Positions 26,197-27,471 of a DNA stretch of 27,471 nucleotides are shown here, one piece after another. The notes under the pieces were generated by a model. The model was not told where the DNA came from and did no database searches. It was given only the letters and a program-made list of their open reading frames with translations. The DNA lies in the IMG/VR virus record IMGVR_UViG_3300048598_000250, positions 1 to 27,471 of that record; one strand, 5' to 3'. A program made the translations under genes and the position numbers. This stretch comes from a virus. Lineage: Duplodnaviria > Caudoviricetes. Each line of letters opens with the position of its first letter. Position 1 is the stretch's first letter.

Positions 26197-26236
26197 TGTC
26201 AATCTCCCTTCTTGGTTTGCCCGTCTCATGCGGGTC

Positions 26237-26334
26237 GTGGATGGGGGCTTTGTCGGTGAACCCCCAAGAACGCCGTGCCTCGCCGTACCATTCCCTGGAT
26301 CGCCTTGCCGGGCCCTTCCATACCTGGCCTTTCC
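26237..26334 (-). ncRNA. Sixth, upstream unit: 12 phased pentamers plus hairpin repeat
   Basis: Tract 26275-26334 (GGAAA GGCCA GGTAT GGAAG GGCCC GGCAA...) followed by the repeat at 26237-274. Confidence 0.8.
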
Positions 26335-26344
26335 CGAAAAACTG

Positions 26345-26716
26345 TTATCCGTTTGGCACCTCGTATCCAAAGAGCGCCAATGCGATGTTTACGGCTTGAA
26401 CCTGATGCTGGTAAAGTCGAATTCCAGGCTTCAGCGGAATCGGCGCGATCGGTTCAACCGTCTTCGCCAGCTTCTGCCGCTCAATGAATTCATGAACGCG
26501 CACGATCCGTTTTACCTCTGCCAAAATCTCCGGGGTGAACCCGGCGCCTACCCCGCGCAGAATGTTGATGCTCTCGATGGTCAAAGGCATGTTCCACTGC
26601 CTTATGGGCATCTTGGGGCTGCGGGTCGCGCCCGGAAGCTTCGCGGCCACGAGCGCGCTCTCCGGGTCGGACGCAATCCGAATCCCGCCGCCGGGGGCGA
26701 TCGTTGCGCGGATCAT
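26345..26716 (-). CDS. Protein resembling the N-terminal part (Q-motif) of a split SNF2 helicase
   Basis: Ends PIPLKPGIRLYQHQVQAVNIALALFG, like the segment that normally precedes helicase motif I. Confidence 0.65.
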   Translation of the reverse strand: MIRATIAPGGGIRIASDPESALVAAKLPGATRSPKMPIRQWNMPLTIESINILRGVGAGFTPEILAEVKRIVRVHEFIERQKLAKTVEPIAPIPLKPGIRLYQHQVQAVNIALALFGYEVPNG

Positions 26717-27471
26717 TTCGGGCGGCGGGCAACGTGCTCGATTTCCGCCAGGACCGTTTTCCAGCGCGCTTGGCGAAGCTGCTCGGCGGCTGCGCTCGGG
26801 TCCTCCCTTCGCGCATACATCCGCTCAACCTCCGCTGCGCCCTTTCGCCATTCCTCAGGCCCGAAAAGCTCCGCCAGCGCGACGATGGCGCCGGTCGAGA
26901 AGCTGAATGTGTCTTTGTCCATGCACCTTGTCTTGGCTTTGGCCGTCGGCGTTCCACCGATCTTTCCATGCGCAGCGTTCGTGAACGGCGAACCCATGTT
27001 GGATGTGATGAGGATCGACTGTGACTCGGTGGCGATGTTCGTCGGCCGCTGCTGCGCTGATTGCCCAGTGATACCAAGCACCATCTTCACCTTTACAGTC
27101 GCGGCTGCGGCCTCGGCTACCGCTCGAGCGGCGTTCCGCACCGCATCCAGCGTAGAAGAGCACGCGACCTCGTACTTGCGTGGGATGTAGTGGAAGTCGA
27201 CGATCGGTTTGCATGTTCCCTCGAAAAACTCCGGCGCGCAGGTAGCAATCCGAAATTCGCCGGACCGGTGGCGAACCGTCATGACCGTCATGCCTTCCTT
27301 CGGCACGCTGCGGCCCTTCATGCCCGCGCGGGGCGGCATGCCGTTCGCCCAGAGCAGCTTGCTCCTGGTCGCGATTTCAAGGAACTCGCCGATCTCATTC
27401 CGGCGCACGCGCAGCCAAAAGTCGCCACGGATGAACTGCCCGAAGTTGTGTTGGAGCGGCTTGACGTAGTC
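26713..27471 (-). CDS. Hypothetical phage protein (5' end probably outside the window)
   Basis: The frame is open to the window edge. Contains AKTRCMDKDTFSFSTGAIVAL, a recurring phage motif. Confidence 0.6.
   Translation of the reverse strand, partial: DYVKPLQHNFGQFIRGDFWLRVRRNEIGEFLEIATRSKLLWANGMPPRAGMKGRSVPKEGMTVMTVRHRSGEFRIATCAPEFFEGTCKPIVDFHYIPRKYEVACSSTLDAVRNAARAVAEAAAATVKVKMVLGITGQSAQQRPTNIATESQSILITSNMGSPFTNAAHGKIGGTPTAKAKTRCMDKDTFSFSTGAIVALAELFGPEEWRKGAAEVERMYARREDPSAAAEQLRQARWKTVLAEIEHVARRPK

Noticed and set aside
1-27471. tRNA genes, integrase/att sites, transposase, or reverse transcriptase (DGR, retron)
   Set aside because: I recognised none by eye. tRNAscan-SE and HMM searches would be needed to exclude them formally.

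Overview
A GC-rich temperate phage or prophage segment with Firmicutes/Clostridia-style GGAGG ribosome-binding sites (host is inferred). Almost all genes lie on the minus strand. Read right to left they are: a split SNF2 helicase, small Zn-finger and Lar genes, a phage beta-clamp, two ssDNA-binding proteins, a lipoprotein, MazG-like and PD-(D/E)XK proteins, a C5 DNA methyltransferase with an embedded out-of-frame ORF, a primase-helicase, an AT-rich iteron region (likely ori), VRR-NUC, a RinA/ArpU-like activator, ThyX, a ParB-N6/N4 methylase, terS and terL (which runs off the left edge). Two unusual non-coding systems stand out. (1) At 24.4-26.3 kb a solitary RAMP/Cas7-like gene (25139-25765) is surrounded by eight copies of a 38-nt hairpin repeat and six tracts of strictly phased 5-nt GGY-NN units. 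This looks like a non-CRISPR RNA-guided system, resembles what I recall as VIPR, and sits between the two halves of the helicase. (2) At 3.3-4.6 kb an opposite-strand cassette of small ORFs is punctuated by type I hammerhead ribozyme repeats: one canonical, one core variant and one deleted remnant. All motif counts were done by hand and no database searches were run.
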